Source: an uncultured Acidobacteriota bacterium (GTDB lineage: Bacteria > Actinomycetota > Acidimicrobiia > Spongiisociales > ZC4RG35). Taken from it: a stretch of DNA of 64,000 bases. The stretch lies in NCBI GenBank assembly GCA_963720925.1, contig CAVRHE010000003.1:1263-65262 (forward strand). Direction: 5' to 3'. The notes beneath the pieces are model-generated. The model ran no database searches. It worked only from the letters and a program-made list of their open reading frames with translations, and was not told the origin of the DNA. A program made the translations under genes and the position numbers. Shown in pieces: positions 27,053-36,060 of this stretch; positions within the stretch are counted from its first letter, which is position 1, and the number at the start of each line of letters is the position of its first letter.

Positions 27053-27995
27053 CACGATCACCACGAGGCAGCTCGACGAGCGTGACGTCCTTCCGGTCCT
27101 CGATCTGTTGCGGGCAGCTCTCGGAGAGCCGCCGCTCCTTCGACGCACCCCGGAGCTCTTCGGCTGGAAGCACTTCGACAACCCCTTCGGCCGTTCCCTC
27201 GCGGTAATCGCCGAGATCGATGACCGCATCGTCGGCCTGCGGGCGTTCATGCGTTGGGACCTGATCACGCCCGGGGGTGGCACCCTGCGATGCGTCCGTG
27301 CCGTCGACACCGCAACCCACCCCGACTACCAGCGTCGGGGCATCTTCCGGAGGCTCACGGAAGAAACGCTCGAATTAGCGGTGGCGCAAGACATTGATCT
27401 GGTGTTCAATACCCCTAACGAGAAATCGGGTGCGGGGTATCTCTCCATGGGGTGGACAGAAATCGGTCAGATAGGTGTAATGGCACGTCCGTCGCCGCGC
27501 CTGGCCACCGATCGCCGCCCCGCCGGAAGCGCCGAGCCAGACCAATTCCTGGCCGATCCCGAGCCGGCGATCCCGCTCACCGTGAATGACAGGTCACCAC
27601 GCGGATTGCGGACTCCGAGGAATGAGGCCTACCTACGCTGGCGGTTCGGCTCTCATCCAACCGCCCGTTACTTTCGCGTGGATTCGGCGGATTCGACCGC
27701 GGTGGTCCGGCCCAACATCAGAAGCGGACGACGCGAGTTGATCGTTGCCGACGTCTACGGCCCGCACCCCTCAGCTGCGATGCGTCAGGCCGCCAAGAAG
27801 TCCCGATCGGGGTATGTCGCCGCCTGGTTCTCCCCCGGTTCCCCAGAACGCGCCGCCGCGCTCCGGAGCGGACTTCTCCCCGTGCCTGGGGTGACCGCCC
27901 TGACCCTCATGGCACGGCCGTTGAAAGATCTGGATGTAGACATCGAGTCGATGGATTCTTGGGACCTCGCCATCAGCGACCTAGAGCTCTTGTGA
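27045..27995 (+). CDS. GNAT-family N-acetyltransferase with a C-terminal extension
   Basis: It carries the motif HPDYQRRGIFRRLTEE (Q/RxxGxG/A-type) and has an 8-nt overlap with the upstream GT4. The roughly 150 C-terminal residues are unassigned. Confidence 0.65.
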   Translation: MADTITTRQLDERDVLPVLDLLRAALGEPPLLRRTPELFGWKHFDNPFGRSLAVIAEIDDRIVGLRAFMRWDLITPGGGTLRCVRAVDTATHPDYQRRGIFRRLTEETLELAVAQDIDLVFNTPNEKSGAGYLSMGWTEIGQIGVMARPSPRLATDRRPAGSAEPDQFLADPEPAIPLTVNDRSPRGLRTPRNEAYLRWRFGSHPTARYFRVDSADSTAVVRPNIRSGRRELIVADVYGPHPSAAMRQAAKKSRSGYVAAWFSPGSPERAAALRSGLLPVPGVTALTLMARPLKDLDVDIESMDSWDLAISDLELL

Positions 27996-29389
27996 TGACC
28001 GCGTTGCTCGCCCTCCACGCACCCTTCCTCGCTCAGGTGGACAACGAGGTCACCACCGATGGCGTCGCCATTTTCGAGGCGCTGCTCATCTCCGCCGCCA
28101 TCCTCATTGCCATGTCATTCGTGAGCAAGGCGGTCGCCACGAGGCAAGACCGCGACTGGCTGCCGACGATGATCATGTGGGCTTGCGCCGCCAAGCTCCT
28201 GGGCGCATTCGGGCGATACTGGATGGTCACCGAGCTCTATCAGACGGGTGACTCCTACAGCTATCACATGTGGGGCGGAATCTTCGCTCAGGTCTGGCGG
28301 GGCATGGCCGTTCCGGTGTCGCAGTCCAGCCAGCCCGGGACCGCATTCACCGAAATCGCCACCGGGCTGATCTACGCGCCCTACACCCCGAGCATGCTCG
28401 GGGGGTTCATCATCTTCGCCTTCATCGCCTTCGTCGGCTTGCTGCTCTTCTTCTTGGCCGGACGCCACTGGCTGGCCGGATATCAGCTCAAGATGTACGG
28501 ACTCGCTGTCTTCTTCGCACCCAGCCTCCTCTTCTGGCCGTCGAGCATCGGCAAGGACGCCCTGATGGTCTTCTTCCTCGGTCTCGCTGCCTACGGGGCA
28601 TCCCGGCTCCTCAAGTTCTATCAGTTCAGTGCGTTGCTACTCATCGCACCCGGGCTCTACATGGCTGCCAGCATCAGATCGCACGTCGCAGCCGTAATGG
28701 GTCTGGCCATCGTCCTCGCCGCCATATTCGGCAAGGCTCCCAAGAAGTACCAGGGATCGGCCAAGCGAGGGATCATGATCCTCGTCTGTGCAGGAGGAGC
28801 TGCGTTGTCGGTCCTCACGTTCACGAGCACCTTCGGAGTGACAGTGGACGGTGGGGAGGGGACTACCAGCCCGGACCAGTTCCTCGCCGACGTCTCTGAG
28901 CGCACGGCGACCGGTGGGTCCGAGGTCGAGGGCGGCGCGGTGGGGAGCCCCGCCCAGCTACCAGGCGCAATCATCAAAGTCCTGTTCCGCCCCCTGATCT
29001 ACGAAGCAGGCAATGCCCAAGCCCTCCTGAGTGCCCTGGAGGGCACCATCCTGCTCGGCATAACCATCTGGAACCTCCCGGCGATGTGGAGGAACAAGAG
29101 ACGTCTGCGTGAGAAGCCATTCCTGATGATGGCCTTCTTCTACACGGGCGGCTTCATCGTGGGGTTCAGCGCGATCCTCAACCTCGGCTTGCTCGCCCGA
29201 CAACGCGTCCAGGTCCTGCCAATGTTCTTCGCCCTCATCGCCGGTCTGGCCTGGGACGAGACCAAGGGCGGGCGGCGGAAGAAGACCGAAGAGGAAGAGA
29301 CGGCTCCGGAGTCGATCGACGAGGCCGTCGAGAAGGTCGTCCGCACCGGACCTTCGCGGAAGCCCCTGCCGGCGGCCAGCGACCACTAG
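27995..29389 (+). CDS. Polytopic membrane protein, possible polysaccharide polymerase/ligase-type (Wzy/EpsG-like)
   Basis: The ATG overlaps the upstream stop (GTGATGA). It has 10 or more hydrophobic segments by eye, a larger loop around residues 290-330 and an acidic/basic C-terminal tail. The functional call rests on context only. Confidence 0.35.
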   Translation: MTALLALHAPFLAQVDNEVTTDGVAIFEALLISAAILIAMSFVSKAVATRQDRDWLPTMIMWACAAKLLGAFGRYWMVTELYQTGDSYSYHMWGGIFAQVWRGMAVPVSQSSQPGTAFTEIATGLIYAPYTPSMLGGFIIFAFIAFVGLLLFFLAGRHWLAGYQLKMYGLAVFFAPSLLFWPSSIGKDALMVFFLGLAAYGASRLLKFYQFSALLLIAPGLYMAASIRSHVAAVMGLAIVLAAIFGKAPKKYQGSAKRGIMILVCAGGAALSVLTFTSTFGVTVDGGEGTTSPDQFLADVSERTATGGSEVEGGAVGSPAQLPGAIIKVLFRPLIYEAGNAQALLSALEGTILLGITIWNLPAMWRNKRRLREKPFLMMAFFYTGGFIVGFSAILNLGLLARQRVQVLPMFFALIAGLAWDETKGGRRKKTEEEETAPESIDEAVEKVVRTGPSRKPLPAASDH

Positions 29390-29471
29390 GAGCTTTTCGA
29401 CTGCCGCCTGAGGTTCGCGGTGCCAAAGTGGCGCCGACCGACACCAACGGCGGGGACGAAGGAATAACCGC

Positions 29472-30419
29472 TTGGCGATCGATCTCAACACATTGGACCA
29501 GACGACAGTCGCGCCGGTCGTTGTTGACGTCCTCAGCTCCTCTTGGTCGATCGACCGCGTCGAGCCCGTGGACACATGGCGGACCCGCAACTCGGCGTTC
29601 TGGCGCTTCCGGGTTCATCCGGCGCATGTGGATGACCCGCCGTTCGAAGTGGTGTTCAAGGTGGAGCGGCGGTGGACCCCGGAGACCGCCAGGGGCACCT
29701 ATGACGCCCTCCGTCGCCTGTCCGATCTACATGGCCTGATCCCCGGGCCCTCCGCCAACATCTCCTTCCCTGAGCCAATGGGCTGGACCCCGGAGCCGCC
29801 AGGAGTGCTGATGCCGAACGTCGAGGGTGTGGAGTTGTTCGACGTGTTGCCGGACACGGGCCATGCCCTTTCGGTCGAACCTGGTCGGCTGCCCGACATC
29901 GTGAAGGCATGCGGTGAAGCCTTCGGATGGATCCATCGCCTCGCAGTGATCGACCCCGCGACCGATGCCGACCGACAGGAGGCACTTCAGCGGTTGCCGG
30001 CAGTCATGCGATGGATCCTCGAGCGCCGGGGCCCGGTGAAGAAGGGCTCATTGATCCGCAGTCACAACTTCTCGCGCAACGACTTCCTCGTGGCCGCCGA
30101 TGCCCAACTCTCGGTGGTCGATCCCCCGATCCTGGGCACTCCGGCGCTGTTGCACGACGATGTGGCGTGGTTCACCTACCAACTGCTCACTCGCGCCGTG
30201 CCCGAGCAACGGCTACGTCTCCGACGCATGTTCCTCGAGGGGTACGAATCCTCCAGCCTTGGCGGGAAATTCGACCGGGAAAGCCTCAGGGCGGTCGGGA
30301 TCTGTGAGGCAGCCCGAGCGTTGGGAACGGCCAAGAGGCTCCTCATGAAGGGAAAGCTGGTCGAGTGCCTTCGATCGATTCAGATCGCACTGAGCACACC
30401 CGGCCGGATCACTACCTGA
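29472..30419 (+). CDS. APH/choline-kinase-fold (phosphotransferase family) protein with a non-canonical catalytic loop
   Basis: It has a beta3-Lys context (EVVFKVERR) and a hinge-like segment. The catalytic-loop position reads IRSHNFSRNDFLV instead of HxDxxxxN. A metal-binding Asp context (LSVVDPP) is present. The start is TTG. Confidence 0.55.
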   Translation: MAIDLNTLDQTTVAPVVVDVLSSSWSIDRVEPVDTWRTRNSAFWRFRVHPAHVDDPPFEVVFKVERRWTPETARGTYDALRRLSDLHGLIPGPSANISFPEPMGWTPEPPGVLMPNVEGVELFDVLPDTGHALSVEPGRLPDIVKACGEAFGWIHRLAVIDPATDADRQEALQRLPAVMRWILERRGPVKKGSLIRSHNFSRNDFLVAADAQLSVVDPPILGTPALLHDDVAWFTYQLLTRAVPEQRLRLRRMFLEGYESSSLGGKFDRESLRAVGICEAARALGTAKRLLMKGKLVECLRSIQIALSTPGRITT

Positions 30420-30435
30420 TCCAAATCCGCCAACG

Positions 30436-31398
30436 TCAGGTTCGGGGTTGGTCGACCCTGAGGAACCCGAGCCGGGCCAGCGCCCCAAGCAGCAGAGCGA
30501 GGATTGCGACGAGGCTGACCAGACCCCACTCGACCCCGAGGAGACGTTCAGCCGCGATGACCAGGGCAAGCAGAACTGCCTGTGTCGTGGCGGCAATCAC
30601 GGCGATCGACCGCACTCCCAACCCGCGGTCACGCAGCTGGTCGTAGATGTGGCTGCGGTCGCCGATGAACAAGGGGCGATGGTTGAGTCGGCGCCGGAGA
30701 AGGGTCACCAGCATGTCGATGGCGAACACTCCCAGAACGCCGGCCGTGAGCACCAACTCCAACGCGGAATCGTTGGTCGAGTCGAGGATCAAGTGGGTCA
30801 GATACAGACCGAGGAAGTAGGCGCCGGCGTCGCCCATGAACACACGAGCCGGGTGCCAGTTGAGCACGAGGAAGCCGGCCAATGCTGCCCCCAACTCGAG
30901 TGGCGATACGAAATCGAGACCACGGCCCTGGGCGATCACGGCCAAGCCAGCCGCGGTCACCAGTCCCACCGATCCGACGAGGCCGTCGAGGCCGTCGAAG
31001 AGGTTGACGCTGTTGATGGCGAAGACCGCGAGGGCGACGCCCAGAACGATGTAAACGACGCCGGGGTTGCCGGCCACATTGAGGACGAGGACGACTGCGG
31101 CCAGGAGTTCTACCCCCAGCCGCACCTTTGGATCGACCCCGATGAGGTCGTCGATGAGGCCAAGTATGAGGACCATGGTCGATGCGATGAGAAGGCCGAG
31201 TTCCAGGTCGCTCCTCATGAATCCGGCCACGTTGACCCCGAGGAAGACCCCCACCCCGCCCAACGGCACTGCCGGTCGGTCGTGGGCTTTCAACGTCGGG
31301 TCGTCGGGCCGATCTACATAGCCGATCGCGGGTCCCAACCAGATAGCCAAGAAACACCAGGCCAGGCTGACGACGCCTGCGACTGTCAGGGCCGCCAA
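30436..31398 (-). CDS. Polyprenol-phosphate:HexNAc-1-phosphate transferase (MraY/WecA superfamily), initiating transferase
   Basis: It contains ILGLIDDLIGV (the DD motif), NSVNLFDGLDGL and VFMGDAGAYFLG, with multiple TM segments. Confidence 0.85.
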   Translation of the reverse strand: MAALTVAGVVSLAWCFLAIWLGPAIGYVDRPDDPTLKAHDRPAVPLGGVGVFLGVNVAGFMRSDLELGLLIASTMVLILGLIDDLIGVDPKVRLGVELLAAVVLVLNVAGNPGVVYIVLGVALAVFAINSVNLFDGLDGLVGSVGLVTAAGLAVIAQGRGLDFVSPLELGAALAGFLVLNWHPARVFMGDAGAYFLGLYLTHLILDSTNDSALELVLTAGVLGVFAIDMLVTLLRRRLNHRPLFIGDRSHIYDQLRDRGLGVRSIAVIAATTQAVLLALVIAAERLLGVEWGLVSLVAILALLLGALARLGFLRVDQPRT

Positions 31399-33176
31399 AC
31401 GAGGACCTCAGAGCTCTCGCCTGCGTGTACCTGGATGCGCTCGGTGTCCATGAAGCCCATCTTCCGATAGGCGCCGATGGCTGTCTCGTTCTCGGAGCCA
31501 ACGGTCACCTTCACCGCGGGCACTCCCCGGCGCGCCAAATCATCGAGCAGCCTCGCCCCGAGCATCAGCGACAAGCCCTTACCCCGCGCTCTGGGGGCCA
31601 CCACCATGGAGAGAAGCTCAGCCGGCACGTCCACCTGATCCTGGCCGTACCGGAATGTCTCCCATGCCCGGCGAAGGTTGCGCGGGCGGATCAACCGGGG
31701 TAATGCGGCCAGTCCTGCACGCAAGCCGTAATGCCTGGAGAAGTGACTGTAGAACTCGCCGACGTCTTCCACTCCTGCCGTGAATCCGACCGGCCCGCCT
31801 CCGTCGTCGACGACCAAGACCACCGCTCCCTTCCAGGCGATGAGCGCCTGATATAGCACCTTCATGAACCCACGACCGAGGAGCGGCAGGAACCCGGTCG
31901 CGATCTGGGAAGCGTGAAGCTCGGCCAGGGCTCGGGCATCACGGGACGTTGCGAGCCGCATCTGTGGTCGCGTCGCCGGAGGGATCATCGTCGGCGGCAT
32001 CAGGTGACCGAGGCCTTTGGCGACAAGCCCATCGCGGTAGGAGTTCATGACTATGTCGACAACTTTTTGCTCGTCGAAGCGCTCACGAGCGATCCGTGCG
32101 CTGGCCTCCGACATCTTCTCTCTCGAAGTCGGGTCGCCACCCACCCTCTTGATCGCCTCGCCCAGTCTGACCGGGTCGAGCACAGGGACAAGAAGCCCGT
32201 TGACGCCGTCGTCGACGACTTGACGACATCCCCTGATGTCGGTGGCGATGATCGGCAAACCCATGGCGGCCGCCTCCATCGCTGCCCTCGGGAAGCCCTC
32301 CCGGTGGGAGGGCAGGACGAAGAGATCCATCGCCGAGTAGAGATCCTCCATGTCGGTGCGCATGCCGAGGAAGCGCACTCCCGCCGCCCTGGCGTTGGCC
32401 ACGGCATCGGGCGGTAGGGCGTCTGACTTCTCGGGGTCGTCGGGTCCCACCACCACGACCACATACCCCTCGCCCAGCTTGGTGGCGGCCTCGAACAACT
32501 CCGGATAGCCCTTCTCGGCGACGAGACGGCCCACCATCCCCACCACGACGTCGCCGTCCCCGGCGCCGAACTCAGCCCGAAGTCGGGAGCGAGCCCCGGG
32601 GTCGACCTCGTCCCGGTCGAATCTCACCAGGTCGACACCATTGCCGAGGAGCTGGCCTTTGCCGGCGGGGAGGATTCGGGTGCGCCGGCAGAACTCGAGA
32701 TCCTCCACGTTCTGATAAAGCTCCACGTCGGAGAACCGGGCCGCGACCGCCTCGAGTAAGTAGACGACGCCGCGCTTGACCGGGGTGTCATCCTCGGTCG
32801 CATAGAGCCCGTGCAACGTGTTGACCACCAGTGGCACCCCGGCGAGACGACCGAGGATCCGCCCGTACACACCCGGCTTCGGATTGTGAGTGTGGAGCAC
32901 GGCGAACTCCTCCTTTCGAAGGACTTTCCTGAGCTGGATGATCGCCCTGAGGTCGTTGCCCACGCTCATCCCCCTCGTCGAAGCTGAGAGAGATACATGC
33001 CGGATGCCATCCCGCTCGAGTTCCTCGACCCAGGGACCCGGGGCACTCACACCGACCGCTTCGCCCCCTGCCTCGTTGACCGCCAATAGCTGGGGCCGGA
33101 CGAGAAAACGCAGACTTAGATCGACAGTGGTGAGGTGTGCAACCCGGAATGCCCGGTCTTCTGAGATCTCAGGCAT
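31386..33176 (-). CDS. Glycosyltransferase family 4 fused to a C-terminal GNAT acetyltransferase domain
   Basis: Residues 1 to about 390 are GT-B (VAHLTTVDLSLRFLVRPQL..., ...SHREGFPRAAMEAAAMGLPIIATD). Residues from about 410 to 596 are GNAT (LLSMVVAPRARGKGLSLMLGARLL, AIGAYRKMGF). The stop overlaps the wecA-like start by 13 nt. Confidence 0.8.
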   Translation of the reverse strand: MPEISEDRAFRVAHLTTVDLSLRFLVRPQLLAVNEAGGEAVGVSAPGPWVEELERDGIRHVSLSASTRGMSVGNDLRAIIQLRKVLRKEEFAVLHTHNPKPGVYGRILGRLAGVPLVVNTLHGLYATEDDTPVKRGVVYLLEAVAARFSDVELYQNVEDLEFCRRTRILPAGKGQLLGNGVDLVRFDRDEVDPGARSRLRAEFGAGDGDVVVGMVGRLVAEKGYPELFEAATKLGEGYVVVVVGPDDPEKSDALPPDAVANARAAGVRFLGMRTDMEDLYSAMDLFVLPSHREGFPRAAMEAAAMGLPIIATDIRGCRQVVDDGVNGLLVPVLDPVRLGEAIKRVGGDPTSREKMSEASARIARERFDEQKVVDIVMNSYRDGLVAKGLGHLMPPTMIPPATRPQMRLATSRDARALAELHASQIATGFLPLLGRGFMKVLYQALIAWKGAVVLVVDDGGGPVGFTAGVEDVGEFYSHFSRHYGLRAGLAALPRLIRPRNLRRAWETFRYGQDQVDVPAELLSMVVAPRARGKGLSLMLGARLLDDLARRGVPAVKVTVGSENETAIGAYRKMGFMDTERIQVHAGESSEVLVWRP

Positions 33177-33273
33177 CTCGGCCGACAGCCCGGCTTGTCA
33201 CGTCTTCAATCGCCGGCATGGATGCCAGAATACGGCCCGTGCATTTCCCGTCCGGCATTGAGCGAACAGACGC

Positions 33274-34527
33274 GTGAGCACGGGTGGTGTGCTGTTCCTG
33301 AACCCAAACCGGGCTGAGGGTCAGAGTGCCCCGGTCGCTTCCTGGATCAGCGTTGCCAGCTGGGCAGCGGCGGCGAGGAGGCTTTGGGGACAGTCCTGGA
33401 TCGTCACCCCCGAAGGCATTCTGGAGCCCGAGGAGATCATGCGAAGGGCATCCGATCCGGTGGCCCTCAAAGGCCCACCGGGCTCACCCTCGCTTAGGCG
33501 CAAGGTGCCCACCACCGTGAAGACCGGGATCAAGGACGCACGCAAGGCCCTGGAGGCTCGCCAATTCCGAACGGCCGGGTTAGAGGGTCCCTGGCGGTCG
33601 GAGGACGTCCGATTCGTCTGGCAGCGCCACGACTTGTTTCACGACGCCGGGGTGACCGCGGCCAGGGCATTGGAACGCCCACTCGTCGTATTCACACCCT
33701 CGCTCATAGTTCAGGAGGCTGCTGGCTGGGGGGTCAGGAGACCTGGTTGGCAGGGCATCCTCGAGCGCTCCGCTGAGGCGCCTTTGCTCAGGGCCGCCGA
33801 TGTAGTGGCCTGCGGCTCGGTCGAGATCGCCGAGCAGGTGGGCCGGCTCGGGGTACCCGAGGAGCGATTACTGGTGACACCGAACGGGGTCGATCCCGAG
33901 ATGTTCTCCCCGGAGCGGCGCGGTGACGAGGTGAGGCGTCGGCTGGGGCTGGTAGGACGGTTCGTGGTCGGCTGGGTGGGCAGCTTTCGCAAGTTTCACG
34001 GGCTGGACATGGCGCTGGAGGCCATGAAGCGGATCGAATCGGAGATTCCCGAGGCGACTCTGCTCCTGGTCGGCGATGGTCTCGAGCGAGCACATGTCGA
34101 AGACACCGTGCGCGACTTCGGGCTCCGCAATGTGGTCATGACGGGAACAGTTGGCTATCTCGAGATCCCCGAATACGTGGCGGCCATGGATGTGGCCGTC
34201 ATCACTGACCGGGGAGCCGGACCATTTCATTACTCACCGCTCAAGCTGAGGGAGTACATGGCAGCGGGCAAGGCCGTCATCGCTCCTCGAATCGGCGAGA
34301 TGGCCCGGTGGCTCGCGGACGGAGAAGACGCGGTCCTCGTCGAGAGCGGCGACACCGAAGGTCTGGCGGATGCTGTCCAGGATCTCCATGGGCGGCCCGA
34401 TCTCAGGGCGCGGCTCGGCGCGGCCGCCCGCCGCAAGATAATCGAGCAAGCGACCTGGGATATTCAGCTCCTCCGCATCGACGACGCGCTTCAGAGCGCC
34501 GCGCCGAGGGCCCGGTCTTCGGAATGA
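33274..34527 (+). CDS. Glycosyltransferase family 4
   Basis: It starts at GTG. The C-terminal half contains ...FVVGWVGSFRKFHGLD..., HYSPLKLREYMAAGKAVIAP (the E..K/R motif region) and ...LLVGDG... Confidence 0.75.
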   Translation: MSTGGVLFLNPNRAEGQSAPVASWISVASWAAAARRLWGQSWIVTPEGILEPEEIMRRASDPVALKGPPGSPSLRRKVPTTVKTGIKDARKALEARQFRTAGLEGPWRSEDVRFVWQRHDLFHDAGVTAARALERPLVVFTPSLIVQEAAGWGVRRPGWQGILERSAEAPLLRAADVVACGSVEIAEQVGRLGVPEERLLVTPNGVDPEMFSPERRGDEVRRRLGLVGRFVVGWVGSFRKFHGLDMALEAMKRIESEIPEATLLLVGDGLERAHVEDTVRDFGLRNVVMTGTVGYLEIPEYVAAMDVAVITDRGAGPFHYSPLKLREYMAAGKAVIAPRIGEMARWLADGEDAVLVESGDTEGLADAVQDLHGRPDLRARLGAAARRKIIEQATWDIQLLRIDDALQSAAPRARSSE

Positions 34528-35036
34528 GCGAGGCACCGCTCGAGGAGTCTCTCAACCCGATCTGGGTTCTTCTCTCCAGAGGGGAAAGCCCAAATCTCTG
34601 GATGCCGCCCCCGGGAGGAAAGGACTGGGCGGGCTCGCTGCAATCGGCATCGGCCTCCCTCGGCGACGACGAGCTCATCGTGTCAGTGGGCCGTCCCTTG
34701 GCCCGTTCGGCCCTGGCCCGGCTTTCGGGCCGGGGAGCCTCGTCTGGCAAGGGCCCCGGCCCGGCCGAGATGAGAGAAGCCTTCGGGAAGGAGAACTTGG
34801 AGGTAGTCGCCAGGTATGGCCTCTGGCCGTCGGCCCGGTCTCCTCGCATTGCCTTCCCCTGGGGCCACATCCACATGCTCTATTGGCTCCAGACCTCCGG
34901 CGTGCTCGGCGGCGGGGGCAAGAGGCTCTGGGCCCGGATATTGGCCAGGTCGATCTTGTTCACTCCGGTGGCCGCCGCCCTTGCCCCGGGTATCGCCTTC
35001 GTCGTCCGCCGGTCAAGCGGCGGAGAAACGACATGA
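34524..35036 (+). CDS. Hypothetical protein (about 170 aa), translationally coupled on both sides
   Basis: There are ATGA overlaps at 34524 and at 35033. The protein starts MSEAPLEESLNPIWVLLSRGES... and has a hydrophobic C-terminal segment (ILFTPVAAALAPGIAFVV). I recognised no family. Confidence 0.45.
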   Translation: MSEAPLEESLNPIWVLLSRGESPNLWMPPPGGKDWAGSLQSASASLGDDELIVSVGRPLARSALARLSGRGASSGKGPGPAEMREAFGKENLEVVARYGLWPSARSPRIAFPWGHIHMLYWLQTSGVLGGGGKRLWARILARSILFTPVAAALAPGIAFVVRRSSGGETT

Positions 35037-36043
35037 TCGACGGGCTGACGGAGTACGCCCGGGAGAACTGGCCGTTCTGGTTCGGGCACTTCCCCGAATC
35101 GGTGGGGATTGCGATCGGGAGCGGGGGACCGGCCCACAGGACGAGGGCAGCGGTGTTCGTGTTCGAGGGCAGACGGAGCCGGCCTACCGCGGTGATGAAG
35201 ATTGCCTTCAGCGAACTCGAGGCTGGGTTTCTCAGACATGAGCACGATGCCCTCACCGAGATTCGGCCGCTTCTACCGGGGCCGATGCGCCGCAGCGTGC
35301 CTCGGGCCCTGGGCTTGGCCGAGATCGGAGGGAACACGGTGCTCACGATGGAGGCGCTGGCAGGGCGACGCCTCCTCGTGCCCGATCTCAACGGTTCCGG
35401 AGGGTCACTGCCCAGATCGTTGATGGGCGACTTCTACCGCAAGTCGTTTGCGTGGAGCAACGATCTCGCTGTCGCTACCAGCAGCAGCGAGCGACTCAAT
35501 GGGTCACATCTCGCCGAAATGGTCGATCGGTACATCGTTTTGGCCCCTCGATCCGCTGAAGCTGGGGGGCGCCTGCGGAGTTTCCGAGATGCAGTGGCTG
35601 AGAGCGGAGTGACCTGGTCCACGTCCTGGCAGCACGCCGATCTGGCGGTCGGCAATGTGCTCATGCATCGAGGCGATCTCCGTCTACTCGACTGGGAACA
35701 CGCATCCGATCGGTCCCAGCCATGGTTCGATCTCGCCCAGTCCGTGGGGGCAACGTCGAGGCTGGCCAAGCGCCAATCGGGCGCTGCGTCGTCACGGTCC
35801 GCGGCCATGTCCGTCCTGGGAAGGTCGGGCTGGGCGGGTCCCGTGCTCCGGGAGGAGTTGGAGCGCTCCTGGGACAACCGGATGCCGCTGGGCTGGGTCA
35901 TCGCTCTGAGCTCGATGGCCACCGCGATCCGACAGGCGGACGACGCCCGAATGGGTGCCGAGGACTGGACCGAGTTCGCCGCTGCACTCGTCGTCGACGA
36001 CGAATTGAGATTTGAGCTTCCGTGGATGGTCCCGGATTGGTAG
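35033..36043 (+). CDS. APH/choline-kinase-fold phosphotransferase (canonical catalytic motifs)
   Basis: It has a beta3-Lys context (TAVMKIAF), a catalytic loop WQHADLAVGNVLM (HxDxxxxN) and a metal-binding LLDWEHA. Confidence 0.7.
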   Translation: MIDGLTEYARENWPFWFGHFPESVGIAIGSGGPAHRTRAAVFVFEGRRSRPTAVMKIAFSELEAGFLRHEHDALTEIRPLLPGPMRRSVPRALGLAEIGGNTVLTMEALAGRRLLVPDLNGSGGSLPRSLMGDFYRKSFAWSNDLAVATSSSERLNGSHLAEMVDRYIVLAPRSAEAGGRLRSFRDAVAESGVTWSTSWQHADLAVGNVLMHRGDLRLLDWEHASDRSQPWFDLAQSVGATSRLAKRQSGAASSRSAAMSVLGRSGWAGPVLREELERSWDNRMPLGWVIALSSMATAIRQADDARMGAEDWTEFAAALVVDDELRFELPWMVPDW

Positions 36044-36060
36044 CTGCCGCCATCCGTCGC

